A stretch of DNA of 64,000 nt, taken from positions 66,932 through 130,931 of the IMG/VR virus record IMGVR_UViG_3300028837_002886; one strand, written 5' to 3'. A program made the position numbers and the translations under genes. Below are positions 18,804-29,316 of the stretch, one piece after another; position 1 is the first letter of the stretch; the number at the start of each line of letters is the position of its first letter. The stretch is from a virus. The notes under the pieces are model-generated. The model was given only the letters and a program-made list of their open reading frames with translations, did not search any database and was not told the origin of the DNA.

Positions 18804-20455
18804 TCGTATTTCTCTATATTCGCTTTTGTATATATATGCTTGAGCTCGAGTTTTACTTCTTTAGCCCAACCGAATGTAATCCTTGGGCTTACATATGACG
18901 CCAATGATGTGCCGAGGTTCAGGTCCAATGACTTTTTCTGTAGGTATGTCTGAAGCTTAAGTTTTTCAACCTGTTCTTCAAGTCTGATGATCCGTTTTGC
19001 CCACATATCTTTTTTGTGTCTGTAAGATTTGTTGGCCCTGTAAATGGCTCCTCTTAGGTTCGAGTTCTTGTATTTTCTTTTATAGTTGGCAACCTTTCTT
19101 TGTTTTTCTTTCAAGGCTTGCGACAGCTCCTTCTTGCTTATTTCTTTATATGCCTTTAGGAGCTTTTTCTTGTCTATGAGTTTTGCTTGTTTATTTTTCA
19201 AACCCTTTTTAGCTGCTTCCGTCGGTGTCTTGCGATGGTTGAGTTTCTTGGCCACCAGCATATTTGCTTCTTTGAAAATCTTGATCTTTTCATTAACAGA
19301 AAGGTTCTTATCTTTATGCTCATTCAAGTAGTTTCTCATAATAGCGGTTGCTAATGCTGTCCGGAAAACTTTCGCAGTAAGACATGGCTCAAACTGTCCC
19401 AAGAGTTCGTTGACATCCTTGGATGTTACATTGGCGAAAACCTGGTCATCGGGCTTCTTGTTTTCCATGAGCTTCTTTATGTTAGCCACCGTCTTTGCCG
19501 GTAGCTCCGCATAATCGCTGTATAATATACTGTCCTTGCCTAGAAACTTGAAGTATGTATAATGCTCATTGTCGTCGGAAAACTCGATATGCTTTCTCAG
19601 TAAAGTGGTAGCTCCGTATGTGTCAGCTTCGTCTTCATCTTTTTCATCACCAACCCTGAAACCGAGTCGGGCTATCAAACTACACACAACTGCGGTTTCC
19701 CTGTCGAACTTGCTGTCCATTCTGCTGTCGATAAAGTCAATCGCTTCCGGCATTTTGTCAATCAGCTTCATGGCTTTTTCGAACTTTTCGACATCATTGG
19801 TTTGTCTGATGTATGCCTTGGGACTTGGCATAACATACTTGTAATTACCGGTGAGTTTATCAAACCAAAACGCGAACCACATCGCATCATGATTGTGAAC
19901 GATGTTTCCCCATTTGCCAGCGGGATTGGGAGCATTTTCCCCAACGTTAAGGGTGACATCTTCAGAAGTGACGCGAGGCTTCCACCTGCCCCTAAGTGGA
20001 TTTTTACCTCGACCCATAAATATTCCGGGCGGCTCGATTATATAGTTTGCAATCTCTATTTTTTTGCCATCCATGATGGCAACGCCGAACTTTTCTTTGC
20101 GAGCCGCCTTTTCGGCTTTTTCTTCTTCTTTTTCCTCTTTGCCCCTATTTTTCTTCTTTTCTTTCTCTATTTGAATTTTGTTGTAGTATTCCGTGAAATC
20201 CCAATCATCGGGGAACCTTGTCGCGACCAAGTCAGCAGGGAGCTTTTTCTTCAGGTCGGCCCAGAAGTTTTTCTGATAAACCTTGTCAAGAACATACTGA
20301 GTTTGGAGCCTGGCTGCCCAATGATAAATCATTTCTTCGGCATCCGGATTACCATTGAACGATACTGGCTTTCCTTGAACCTTTATTGGAAAACCTTTGG
20401 GTTCGAAAGGTGGTGAAAATGATGGGCCATTGTGTCTAAGAGTTGTCCACTTCAT
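18791..20455 (-). CDS. DNA topoisomerase IB, eukaryotic/archaeal long type
   Basis: KWTTLRHNGP, EPPGIFMGRG..PLRG; catalytic residues in FRVGDEK, FLGKDSI, KVFRT, LNHRK, GTSLASYVSPR. Confidence 0.93.
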   Translation of the reverse strand: MKWTTLRHNGPSFSPPFEPKGFPIKVQGKPVSFNGNPDAEEMIYHWAARLQTQYVLDKVYQKNFWADLKKKLPADLVATRFPDDWDFTEYYNKIQIEKEKKKNRGKEEKEEEKAEKAARKEKFGVAIMDGKKIEIANYIIEPPGIFMGRGKNPLRGRWKPRVTSEDVTLNVGENAPNPAGKWGNIVHNHDAMWFAFWFDKLTGNYKYVMPSPKAYIRQTNDVEKFEKAMKLIDKMPEAIDFIDSRMDSKFDRETAVVCSLIARLGFRVGDEKDEDEADTYGATTLLRKHIEFSDDNEHYTYFKFLGKDSILYSDYAELPAKTVANIKKLMENKKPDDQVFANVTSKDVNELLGQFEPCLTAKVFRTALATAIMRNYLNEHKDKNLSVNEKIKIFKEANMLVAKKLNHRKTPTEAAKKGLKNKQAKLIDKKKLLKAYKEISKKELSQALKEKQRKVANYKRKYKNSNLRGAIYRANKSYRHKKDMWAKRIIRLEEQVEKLKLQTYLQKKSLDLNLGTSLASYVSPRITFGWAKEVKLELKHIYTKANIEKYEWAK

Positions 20456-20763
20456 AATAGAACATCCGCCTTTAGTAAGAGTTTTGCTTTTTCCCTCTTG
20501 GTTATTTCTCTATAAAAGCCGTCGATAAGCAGTTGGTATATATCCATCTTGTGCATCCGGTCAATGCCCGCGACCTCCAACGTATCGATATTTAGTTCAA
20601 AAACCTCTGTCATATGGCTGTATTTTATTTTTTGCTGACCTTTTCTGGGATGAAAATCTGTATCATCGATATGGCCCGGATTAAATATGATATAGCGCTT
20701 ATTTCTTATGTCATAAAGGACACGATTTTGCTTTATGTTGTAGAGAACTTTTATGTTACGCAT
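20452..20763 (-). CDS. Hypothetical protein
   Basis: Likely start MRNIKV; ends KREKAKLLLKAD. Confidence 0.6.
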   Translation of the reverse strand: MRNIKVLYNIKQNRVLYDIRNKRYIIFNPGHIDDTDFHPRKGQQKIKYSHMTEVFELNIDTLEVAGIDRMHKMDIYQLLIDGFYREITKREKAKLLLKADVLL

Positions 20764-21091
20764 TTTTGATGGCATCTGCCTGCTCTCTAATGAGTTTTCT
20801 CGAACTATAGTAAAGCTTATCCCAGTTTTTTGTTCCGAAACCAAACTCGGAAGCCTCGAGATTTTGTTTCTTTTTCTTGTTTACCCGCTTGGAGAGTTTT
20901 TCATAAAGACCGCTGCTCTGTCTATCTTCAAACTCGTCTAAAATTTGCTGGATTTTAGGACCTATATATTTTGTACTGCCGTTTTTGACTGACTTGGCGG
21001 CATTGTGAAAAGCCCACTGTCTTGGATCGCCTGACCTTTTATAAAGTTCAGCGATTTCCTTCAGGTGTTGCGAAGCCGTCATTTTTATCAT
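20756..21091 (-). CDS. Stand-alone DNA polymerase X N-terminal helix-hairpin-helix domain
   Basis: LKEIAELY...AFHNAAKSV...YIGPKIQQILDEF...LYEKL...GFGTK. Confidence 0.6.
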   Translation of the reverse strand: MIKMTASQHLKEIAELYKRSGDPRQWAFHNAAKSVKNGSTKYIGPKIQQILDEFEDRQSSGLYEKLSKRVNKKKKQNLEASEFGFGTKNWDKLYYSSRKLIREQADAIKNA

Positions 21092-21405
21092 TTAAGCTCT
21101 CTCTTTATTAATGTAGAATACTCATCAGCATTTTGAATAAACATTTGGTCATCAAGCGACCGCACTCCACATATTATATATGCCTTTTCTTCTGGTAAGT
21201 ATATATAATACATTCTAATGGCGCTGGAGATTACATCTTGAGGTTTAAATTCAAATCGGCTGGCAAAAGCTCTCAAGAGGTCGTTGTGATCATTTGCTAC
21301 ATTGCGAGAAACCAATATAGTTCCCTGATAAAGTATTATACGACCGCAGGATTGATCTAATTTACCGTCCTGAATGTAGCCTGGTGAGTGGAAGTATTTA
21401 CTCAT
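21088..21405 (-). CDS. Hypothetical protein
   Basis: First gene after the sigma70-type promoter. Confidence 0.65.
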   Translation of the reverse strand: MSKYFHSPGYIQDGKLDQSCGRIILYQGTILVSRNVANDHNDLLRAFASRFEFKPQDVISSAIRMYYIYLPEEKAYIICGVRSLDDQMFIQNADEYSTLIKRELK

Positions 21406-21411
21406 GTATAC

Positions 21412-21440
21412 ATTATAAGTGGTTTTTGCTGATTTGTAAA
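21412..21440 (-). promoter_or_regulatory. Sigma70-type early promoter TTTACA-N17-TATAAT
   Basis: Near-consensus hexamers with a 17-nt spacer; ATG 6 nt downstream (leaderless-like). Confidence 0.8.
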
Positions 21441-21445
21441 GCTTT

Positions 21446-23328
21446 TTATTTTCCGCGAAAAGGCGCGGTATGAAAGAACATCGCTCTCATGGCGTCTTTT
21501 TTATAATCTGGATTAATTTTAATCGCCGGCGCGTATAACTCTGGTGAAACATAGCGCTTCCACCACGTTACATCATCTATACAGTATTCATAACACAGAA
21601 GCCTCGGTCGAACCGGCAGGTATTCGATAGGAATAATTATAGAGAGAGATTTGGTCGCTTTCTTGTACAAGGGGATCGCTTTGCCTATCTCTAATACTGG
21701 TTTACGTGATTTCATTTAAGATACCATATGTTAATTAGTCGTTTCACCGTGTTTTTCTTTTCGGTTATGGACATCTTCTTGAAAGTGCCGATTTTATTTC
21801 TTAAAGGAAACGATAGCTCGGTTACAACCCAATATGGTTCATGCAACTTATATTGATATGAACGCCATGTTTCTCGGTTTCCCAACTCTTGTTTCTTATA
21901 GATTGGGATTATGATCTTTCGGATAGATCGCGAGCCGTCTTGAGATAATGTCGCAACAGCTATTGGCTTTCCGGGTATTATATTCATGGTCTTGGCAACC
22001 TGTCGAAAATCATGTTTAGAATAGTATATACGTTTTGTTTTATCCAGCCTTCGTTTGTACCGGCCCGGCCTCTCACATAGATTACTCCAGTGTGCTGCTC
22101 TCCATCATGGGATCGCCAAGCCTTATCATAATCAGCACCCCAATAAAAACCCTGCGAAGCTCTTGTTGGATGACCCTGGGTGGAACCTTGGGGCCCGCCG
22201 TCTATCTCTATTGTGTTATTAGGATTGAGCCAGCCGCGGCCATATGCTTCTAATTCTTTAGGAATGCCGTGAACATCAGGAGGTTCGTTTTCGCCCAGCA
22301 CAATATAGTTTATTCCTCTATATTGCTTGAGCTTCTTGCCTATTGGAGTTTTTGTCGTCAAAGGCAAAGATAGTTCTTTCAGGATCTGTTTTAATTTCAT
22401 TCTGTCTCTCGCATAGTGTCAAACAGAAAGTCTATAAGATTGCCCTTTTTAAAGCTATTCGGCGTCAGAGCGCCGTTATATACACTACTGCCAGGCGCCA
22501 TGACTGATGATTTCGATGTGGTGTTTTTGTCGCCTAATAATATTTTATAATTAATAGTCTCGCCAGCAACGGAAGTCACCTCTCCCACAAACCACGTGCC
22601 GCCGTAAGTTGCGTATATGAATTGATCACCTTTGTAGTATTTCATTTAATACTTTTCCCAGCAATGTCAAACAAAAACACTATGACTTCGGTTTTATCGA
22701 TCTCGGAGTCCAGTTCGGCGCTATTATACACATCATCGCCAACCATCATAACACCACTCTTGCAGAATTCAGTGCTCTTGTCACTTAATATACGCGCATA
22801 ACTATATTCAAGCGCTTTGGTGTCGTAATGTTGTATCTCTCCCACAAACCACGTGCCACTATAAGTTGCGTATATAAATTGATCGCCTTTGGAGTATTTC
22901 ATATTAGTCTGGCCACTCCTCGAACATTGTCTTTACCACGAGATGTTTATTGCCTTCGCCTATTTTTACCGCGTCGGTGTGTACATCATTAATAAAACGA
23001 AAAGAACCATGAGCCGGACAAAGTCTACTGGGTCTTGTTAACGATACGTATTCGTAATAATAATCACGCGTGATCCTGATAACCTTTAGCAAGTTAGGGT
23101 ATACTATGCCCTTTTCTGGGTTATATACTATATCACCTGGTTTGAGTTTCATTTCACTATTTCCAGTTCGGTCTGGTCAGACAGCCCCCATCCAAGCAAC
23201 CAAAAGATCATGTATCGTTTTGTAGAATAAGATAAATCCTCTTCGTCAGCGGGTTCGTGTGTATAGAGCCGTAATACTTGTTGGCCCGACTTTAGATAAT
23301 CGAATTTGTAAGCAAACTTGTATTCCAT
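21446..23328 (-). CDS. Run of seven small hypothetical proteins (21446..21715, 21712..21987, 21984..22400, 22397..22645, 22642..22902, 22904..23152, 23149..23328)
   Basis: Stop/start coupled; all end in motif B; 22397 and 22642 are paralogues. Confidence 0.7.
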
Positions 23329-23335
23329 AACACTA

Positions 23336-23360
23336 TTATCTTGGTGCCCGACAAAGATAA
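23336..23360. promoter_or_regulatory. Back-to-back AAGATAA motifs (TTATCTT-N11-AAGATAA) between divergent genes
   Basis: Inverted copies at 23336-23342 and 23354-23360 in a 59-bp divergent gap. Confidence 0.6.
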
Positions 23361-23387
23361 TAATATATCAAAACGGAGGCAATAGAC

Positions 23388-24029
23388 ATGAAGAAACTAC
23401 TTTTAGTGTTGTTGTGCTTATTCGTAGCATTTCCGCTGTTCGCGTGGAATACGGCTGAGTACAATAACCCAACTCTTGAAGAATACAGCTGGTATGTGCG
23501 CGAGTTGCCGATGCACTCTATACTATTCAAAGATGGTGAGCAGACAGAAAAATACTATACTGAATATTGCTTGTTTTTTGGAAACGAGCTAGCGGAGAAA
23601 ATCAACCATGATATGAGCGCAAGCGGTTTGCTGCTGGCGATATATATGTTTAAACCAGCCGATAGAGAAGAACGAGAAGATTATCCACTAGGCTGGCAGA
23701 TCGAGTTAATCGATAACTCTAGAGGCATATATTATATGTGGCCAGCGCTGGCAAAAGATATCTGGCCGAAACTACCAGACATCATGAAACACACTCTTAA
23801 AGCGCTTGGTGCGAGAACTCCTGGTTTAATGATGATATATTTTACGCCGTATACAAACACTGTTTCTGTTTTCTATAAGGAAAGTTACTCCGAAAATGAG
23901 AATTTTTACAAAGCTAAGTTAAGAAAGCTTCAGTTTTACTTCGATAAATTGGAAAATTTTGAAAAGGAAGTTAAAAATCCATGGCAGGGCGCTCCAGTTT
24001 GGTTAAATCCTCCAGAAGAGATTGAATAA
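23388..24029 (+). CDS. Secreted protein, paralogue of 60471..61088
   Basis: Signal peptide MKKLLLVLLCLFVAFPLFA; shared WYVR, EY.L.FGNE, FY.AKL, EKE..NP. Confidence 0.8.
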   Translation: MKKLLLVLLCLFVAFPLFAWNTAEYNNPTLEEYSWYVRELPMHSILFKDGEQTEKYYTEYCLFFGNELAEKINHDMSASGLLLAIYMFKPADREEREDYPLGWQIELIDNSRGIYYMWPALAKDIWPKLPDIMKHTLKALGARTPGLMMIYFTPYTNTVSVFYKESYSENENFYKAKLRKLQFYFDKLENFEKEVKNPWQGAPVWLNPPEEIE

Positions 24030-24364
24030 TGGCTTTGGCTAAGTTCGGCGAATGGTACGAAGATGAGGCTATGTCATCAGGCACCAATATTGCCGTCCTT
24101 GTGTTTCCAGTTTCAGTCACAGGTCGACCTGAAGATTGGCACGGAGTAGAAGCGTGGTTCGACGTCGTAGATGGTCGCGTCAAGAACGTTCTTCCTAAAA
24201 TAGTTCGCGGTTTTAGGCATCCGCGGAAGTGGGCAACAGAGGACATGAATCGACTTCCTGTCGAGTTGGAAAAACAAGTCATGAAAGCGTTGGGCGGTTG
24301 GGTAGGATTGAAAAAAATGATAACAGGCTGGATATTTAGCTATGAAATTGAAGAGAATCCTTGA
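24029..24364 (+). CDS. Hypothetical protein
   Basis: TAATG coupling; ends KKMITGWIFSY. Confidence 0.65.
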   Translation: MALAKFGEWYEDEAMSSGTNIAVLVFPVSVTGRPEDWHGVEAWFDVVDGRVKNVLPKIVRGFRHPRKWATEDMNRLPVELEKQVMKALGGWVGLKKMITGWIFSYEIEENP

Positions 24365-24548
24365 AGAAAGTGATTTTAAAGTGGGAGATATTATATTAAT
24401 AGGCAAGTTCAAAAATAAAAGGGCAGAAGTAAAGGGTTTCGGTAAAGACAAAAACAATCAACCCACCGTTAAGACAAACAAGGGCGAGAGATCGTTGTAT
24501 AGATTTCGTATCCAAAAACTTATGCCAAAAAAGAAGAAAAAAGATTAA
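24342..24548 (+). CDS. Small basic SH3/KOW-like protein
   Basis: MKLKRILEE leader, then FKVGDIILIGKFKNK...KNNQPT. Confidence 0.65.
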   Translation: MKLKRILEESDFKVGDIILIGKFKNKRAEVKGFGKDKNNQPTVKTNKGERSLYRFRIQKLMPKKKKKD

Positions 24549-24725
24549 ATGGAATACGGCAAACTTGCGAGGCGATTAGAAAAGAACACCGGAGCTTATG
24601 TTAGTCCCAGCCAGGTAAAAAGATATTTAGATAGTCATACGGAACTCAAGAACAAAAATTATCAGGACACATACAGAGCCCTTCACAGATACTTTTTGAA
24701 ATTTGCCGATGAGCTGGAGCAATAA
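24549..24725 (+). CDS. Small hypothetical protein (58 aa, MEYGKLARRL...)
   Basis: Translated by hand; abuts both neighbours. Confidence 0.55.
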   Translation: MEYGKLARRLEKNTGAYVSPSQVKRYLDSHTELKNKNYQDTYRALHRYFLKFADELEQ

Positions 24726-25039
24726 TGGCCAGAGACGATAAGATAGAACTAGCCAAGAAAGTAATAGGCATCAAAAAAGAAATAGATGAAGTCAAACGCG
24801 AGGGCCACGAGGAAAGACGCAAACTCGCTAACAAAATACATAGATTATTCAAGGAAATACGCTACGTATATTCCAAAAATCAGAAAGACATACTGTTGCT
24901 CCAGCGCAGACAGACTGACACTGAGAAGTATCTGAAAAAGATTAAAAAGTACGCCGACTGGGCCATAAGACTGATTATAGGCATCTTGCTCACAACTATA
25001 ATCGGTGTGTTCCTTAATATAATAATCAAGGCGTTCTAG
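24725..25039 (+). CDS. Coiled-coil protein with C-terminal transmembrane helix (XhlA/holin-like architecture)
   Basis: WAIRLIIGILLTTIIGVFLNIII. Confidence 0.55.
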   Translation: MARDDKIELAKKVIGIKKEIDEVKREGHEERRKLANKIHRLFKEIRYVYSKNQKDILLLQRRQTDTEKYLKKIKKYADWAIRLIIGILLTTIIGVFLNIIIKAF

Positions 25040-25048
25040 GAGTATTTA

Positions 25049-25399
25049 ATGAGGCTTAATGAGGTGATAGGGAGAAAAACACAAGTTGATCCGTATCTCA
25101 AACAAAGAGCGTTTATTGTAGATAAAAAAAGAAAACTATTGGTAGGTATAGCTCCCGAGATACACCTGAAGCAGTATATGACAGAAGCTATAGGGATGAA
25201 GTGGTTCGCTGATTATGCTGGTAAAGTAATAGTAGCTGAAACTCTAGAGGGTTTATTTAGAAAACTCATGGATATCGGCGTCATTAGTTTTGTGCCGATG
25301 ATAGATTGGCCAAGAGCAGAAAAAGGAGCCAAGGCCACGGTGGCGTTAACGAGTGAACCGTATAAGTCAATCGAAAAATTTGTTATGGTTCGCAGCTAA
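25049..25399 (+). CDS. Hypothetical protein
   Basis: SD AGGAG; MRLNE leader. Confidence 0.65.
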   Translation: MRLNEVIGRKTQVDPYLKQRAFIVDKKRKLLVGIAPEIHLKQYMTEAIGMKWFADYAGKVIVAETLEGLFRKLMDIGVISFVPMIDWPRAEKGAKATVALTSEPYKSIEKFVMVRS

Positions 25400-25440
25400 A
25401 AGAGCCAATTTGCCAGGTCATTTGGTTTTTATCACCTGTT

Positions 25441-27303
25441 TTATTGTTGTCTCTTTACTGGTGCCCATCCGGCTGCTATCATTTCTTCAGGTTTGGTTAC
25501 ATAAGGGTTGATTCGTATAACGTTGCCTAATGGAAGTTGATGCTTAATGGGTACGCTTCCTTCGTGAGCTATTTTCTCCCACCATTGCACATTAATGTGA
25601 TCAACCGAAAGAAGACGTTTGGCTATCATAGTCCTAGGTTTCAATTTCACTTACAATCCTTACTACAATCAAATTAAAGCACTCGTCGTTCTTTTTCAAG
25701 AGCTTTGAGAAAAAGGATGGTTTGCGCAGCAAAACCGCGCAATGCTTTTGGTAATCCTCTTTTGTCTCTTCTGTTATAACCTCATCCTCGCAGAGCTGGT
25801 CCAGCAGTATATTTTTGACTTTTTGGAACTCTTCTTCCAACGCGCTTCTTGTCATATTAAACATGTTTATTGTTCCCATAATTACTCCTCTTTCAAATCG
25901 TCTCTGGCTGAGTTTTTGCTATTCTTGTTGGTAAAATTTTCTTGTTTGAGACTTTGAATTATTCGATAATACTTGTAGGTTTCGTCAATAACCTCTGCGC
26001 GCACGACACCGAGCCAATGTTTATATTGTTTTTTATAATCTTCTTCGTCTTCTATGGTAACAGGAATGGCAATACCACCCTGAACTTTAACACTTTCAAA
26101 GTCATCCACGTTTTTTGTGAGTTGAAAATTAACAGTTAGAGTTATTTCCTTAGACATATTATTCCCTTTTGATTTATATATGCTATCACATCCAAACATA
26201 AGCGCGTAATAATTAGCGCAGTCGCTGCCCCGGCCACTAACTGAAGAGCGAAAATGTCAGGAGTATTGTTGAATAAAACAAACGCACCAACGACAAAAGC
26301 TATTTTTGAAACCAAACCAAAAAGAGTCATTTTACTAGTTTTCCTTTTGCGATTGCTCGTTTTCTTTGAGGGGTGTTCTTGCCGAATATATAACCATACA
26401 TATCTATGCCGCGGGCCCAATCAGCATATAGAGCCGCCCTGTCTTTCGCATCTATTTCTATTTCAGGGCAGTTTTCTGAAGTATTCTCGTACTTCCACCC
26501 CATACGTGCTGGACTTGCTTGACCGCCATCAATGAATAAATTACCACATGAACAGTAATGAAAATCATGGATTGCGCGACTGTATATAATATCGCCGCAT
26601 AAAGTGCATTTTATACCGCTCACTATCATATTAAAAGCTCCTTGGCGTGTTTCTTTTTTATTAAAGGATCTATTATTTCGTATATACTTGAGTTGCGGTT
26701 TGATAAGCGCGAAATCTCTGCTACTAATATCTATTTTCTTCAGTTTCATCCTTGTTGCTCTCGCGCAGTATAAAGACTGCTTTTTTGGAGTTGAGCTTCT
26801 TTATAAGTTTTTCGTTTTCCACCAACTCGAGACACCGAAAACTTGGGAGCCTTTCCCAATGTTGTCTTTGGAACTTGCCGGTCTTTTTCTTATAGGCAAT
26901 CATCATCATGCCTTTGTAGTGTAGTTCTTGGGCATACAAGTATATCTCGTCCTTGCGGTCAAGAGGCCAGGCCTTCATGAACCATTTACCCAAAAGAGAG
27001 TTGAGCATTATTTCATTTGCCGTCATATAATAGATACCTCTTCGCGTATTCTCGTTTTGTCAAAGGTCTTGTTTCGTTTCTTGTAAGAGCCCTGAATGTG
27101 CTAGCCTTCCACCAGCTATGCTTACTTTCGCAATGGTCTCTCGACATATAGCTATCCATTCTGACAAAATACATAATCCTACCAGCGTTGGTCTTTCTGT
27201 GTCTTAGCACGGTATAGAATTTGCCATTGTCGTTCCATGTTTTATCGGACCACCTGAAATCTTGGCCTGCGTATACACTACCAACCTTTATTTTTCGTGA
27301 CAT
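25441..27303 (-). CDS. Run of small hypothetical proteins, including a Cys-rich zinc-binding protein (26327..26749)
   Basis: Coupled ORFs; 26327 has KCTLCGDIIYS..HDFHYCSCGNLFIDGG. Confidence 0.6.
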
Positions 27304-28060
27304 CCAACACCTTCTTTACCAACTTGACTGTGCGAATGGCTTTGTTTTTATCGCTGACATCAGGAGGCAAATTCGTTATAGCCTCCATAACCAAGTCAAA
27401 CATCTCCATTAATTTTTTCGGAGTCCATTCTTCCGTCGGCTCTGTAGGATTTAACAGTCTTTTAGCTCGTTCGGTTCTTTCTTTTGCCATTCGTAACATT
27501 CCTTATACAGCCTCTTATGTATTTTATCGACTTCTTTTCGACACGATTCATACGTTTTGTTTTGCCACGTTTCACACTCTTTTTTCATGGCTTCAATCTC
27601 CGCGGCCGTTGTCCTCTGCGGTTTTTCCAGTGGAGGATTTAATAAGGCTTTTGCTTTTTTTGTTTTTGGTTTGGCCATATGTAATCAACTACCTCTCGTT
27701 TAGTCATCTTTCTCATCGTGGTGTTGCCACAACTCCAGGTTATCATCAAGATACTCTTCAAGGTTAATCTTGATACGATGTGGTGTTTTCCACATTTCCC
27801 AATTTTCTCTTTCTTGATCAAGTGGTTGTCGCGACCGTATGATCTCGCCCCACATTTCTTCCACTTCGCTGGCTGTTTTCTCTGGCGGGTTCAAAAGGTC
27901 TTTAGCTCTTTTTGTTTTCTCTTTTGGCATGACGTCTTATCTCTTTTATAATGTTATTGTCGAACTCATGGGCCATTTCTTCAGATACAATACGCCGTAG
28001 TAATTCTTCGACAGACGGCGGATTGAGAAGCTCTCTGGCTTTTTTTGCTTTTTCTGTCAA
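27278..28060 (-). CDS. Four tandem small proteins sharing an N-terminal K-x-A-[KR]-x-LLNP motif (27278..27490, 27451..27678, 27700..27930, 27902..28060)
   Basis: RAKRLLNPTE, KAKALLNPPL, RAKDLLNPPE, KARELLNPPS (the last translated by hand, TTG start). Confidence 0.7.
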
Positions 28061-28299
28061 TTGCTATTATCAACCAGCGAGATATCGTTTGTGTATTCAA
28101 CAGTTACATAATCTTCTGCTTTGGCAACACCAGCAATTATGATCAGAAACACAATAGTCACAACTATAAAAATCCAAGCCTTTTTCATAATATAGCCTCT
28201 TTATTTTCACCCTTATATATGTTATGACGTTTATTGTTTATAATAAGGGTGGACATATTTGAGTGTTAATCTACAACCTTTCTGATCGTTTACAATATT

Positions 28300-28328
28300 A
28301 ATATATCATACCTCATGAGTTCTGTAAA
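28300..28328 (-). promoter_or_regulatory. Sigma70-type promoter TTTACA-N17-TATATT with extended -10 TG
   Basis: Located in an AT-rich intergenic gap. Confidence 0.65.
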
Positions 28329-28331
28329 GGG

Positions 28332-29270
28332 TTATTTTGTTTCGGGGAGGGGGCACCACTCTGGTATTTCCAAAGATTCTTCTAACCTCAGATCTTTTTC
28401 CGAACGTTTTATTTGACGGGATTTTACGGAGCAAACGTAGCCACTATTCCAGTAACAATCATGAACATCCTCGAACTCAAGACATGGGCACTCGTTACAA
28501 TAGTTGATCTCATATTTGAGTTCTCGGCACATGATAGTTCTCTGCGTGAATTGGTAGAACTATCTTGTCTCGATTATGATTTCAGATAAGCTTTGATTAT
28601 ACTATTACCAAGTTTTTTTAGGTTCTTTTTCAGATCTTTAATGTGACATATTTTTTGTTTATCCAAGAACACTTCGTCGTTAGCGACCACAATGTCACCT
28701 CTGTATATGGCATCAACTCTATCTCTCGGCGGAGGGGTTTGCCAAGTTTTTCTTTTCCTCTGGCTCAAAGTTGTCGCAGAGTCTTTTATTCCGAAGTCCG
28801 GTTTTATAGGTCCCATTTTTCTCCTCTTTTTATTTAGTCCTGGTGCAAATTCAGGTCCCATTTCCTTCTCTCAACATTAGTTTTGCCAACTCGCGCTTTG
28901 ATAAGTCTATGCCACCTGTCAAAGCTACATTTACGTATCTGCCACGAATGAACGCTCCCATTACGGGTTCCTTGAAAAGTTTATCCTCACAGCTATCAAA
29001 ACTCACCTGAAACAGCAACATTCCGTTTCTACGAATGAAGTTATATTTATTAGGATCTCTACTCACCAACACACACGCTACATTATTGTAGAACATCCAA
29101 ATGTTATAAAAGCTTTTAGAAAAAAGCTTTTCTTGTTCGTAATCATACAGCTGCCAGATTGCTTTATATTGATCTGGTTCCTCGAAGGAGATTGCGTAAA
29201 GATCTTTGTCAACTTTCTCTATCAGCTCCGCTTTGAGAATAATCTTGTCATTCTTTTTTAAAGTTTTCAT
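28332..29270 (-). CDS. Three hypothetical proteins (28332..28532 Cys-rich, 28574..28861, 28851..29270)
   Basis: ORF track; the last two end in motif A-like tails. Confidence 0.6.
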
Positions 29271-29279
29271 ACTGGCACC

Positions 29280-29309
29280 ATTATAATATGGATTTAGCCC
29301 TATAGTAAA
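29280..29309 (-). promoter_or_regulatory. Sigma70-type promoter TTTACT-N18-TATAAT
   Basis: Intergenic, just upstream of ATG 29270. Confidence 0.55.
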
Positions 29310-29316
29310 GGACTAT

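Noticed and set aside
22581-22902. Near-identical 65-nt repeat pair as a DGR template/variable repeat
   Set aside because: Differences are not confined to adenines, the repeats are at 5' ends of genes, and no reverse transcriptase is in the window; it is a gene duplication.
25398-25430. Bidirectional terminator between convergent genes
   Set aside because: The stem is weak (several G-U pairs, 13-nt loop); support is insufficient.
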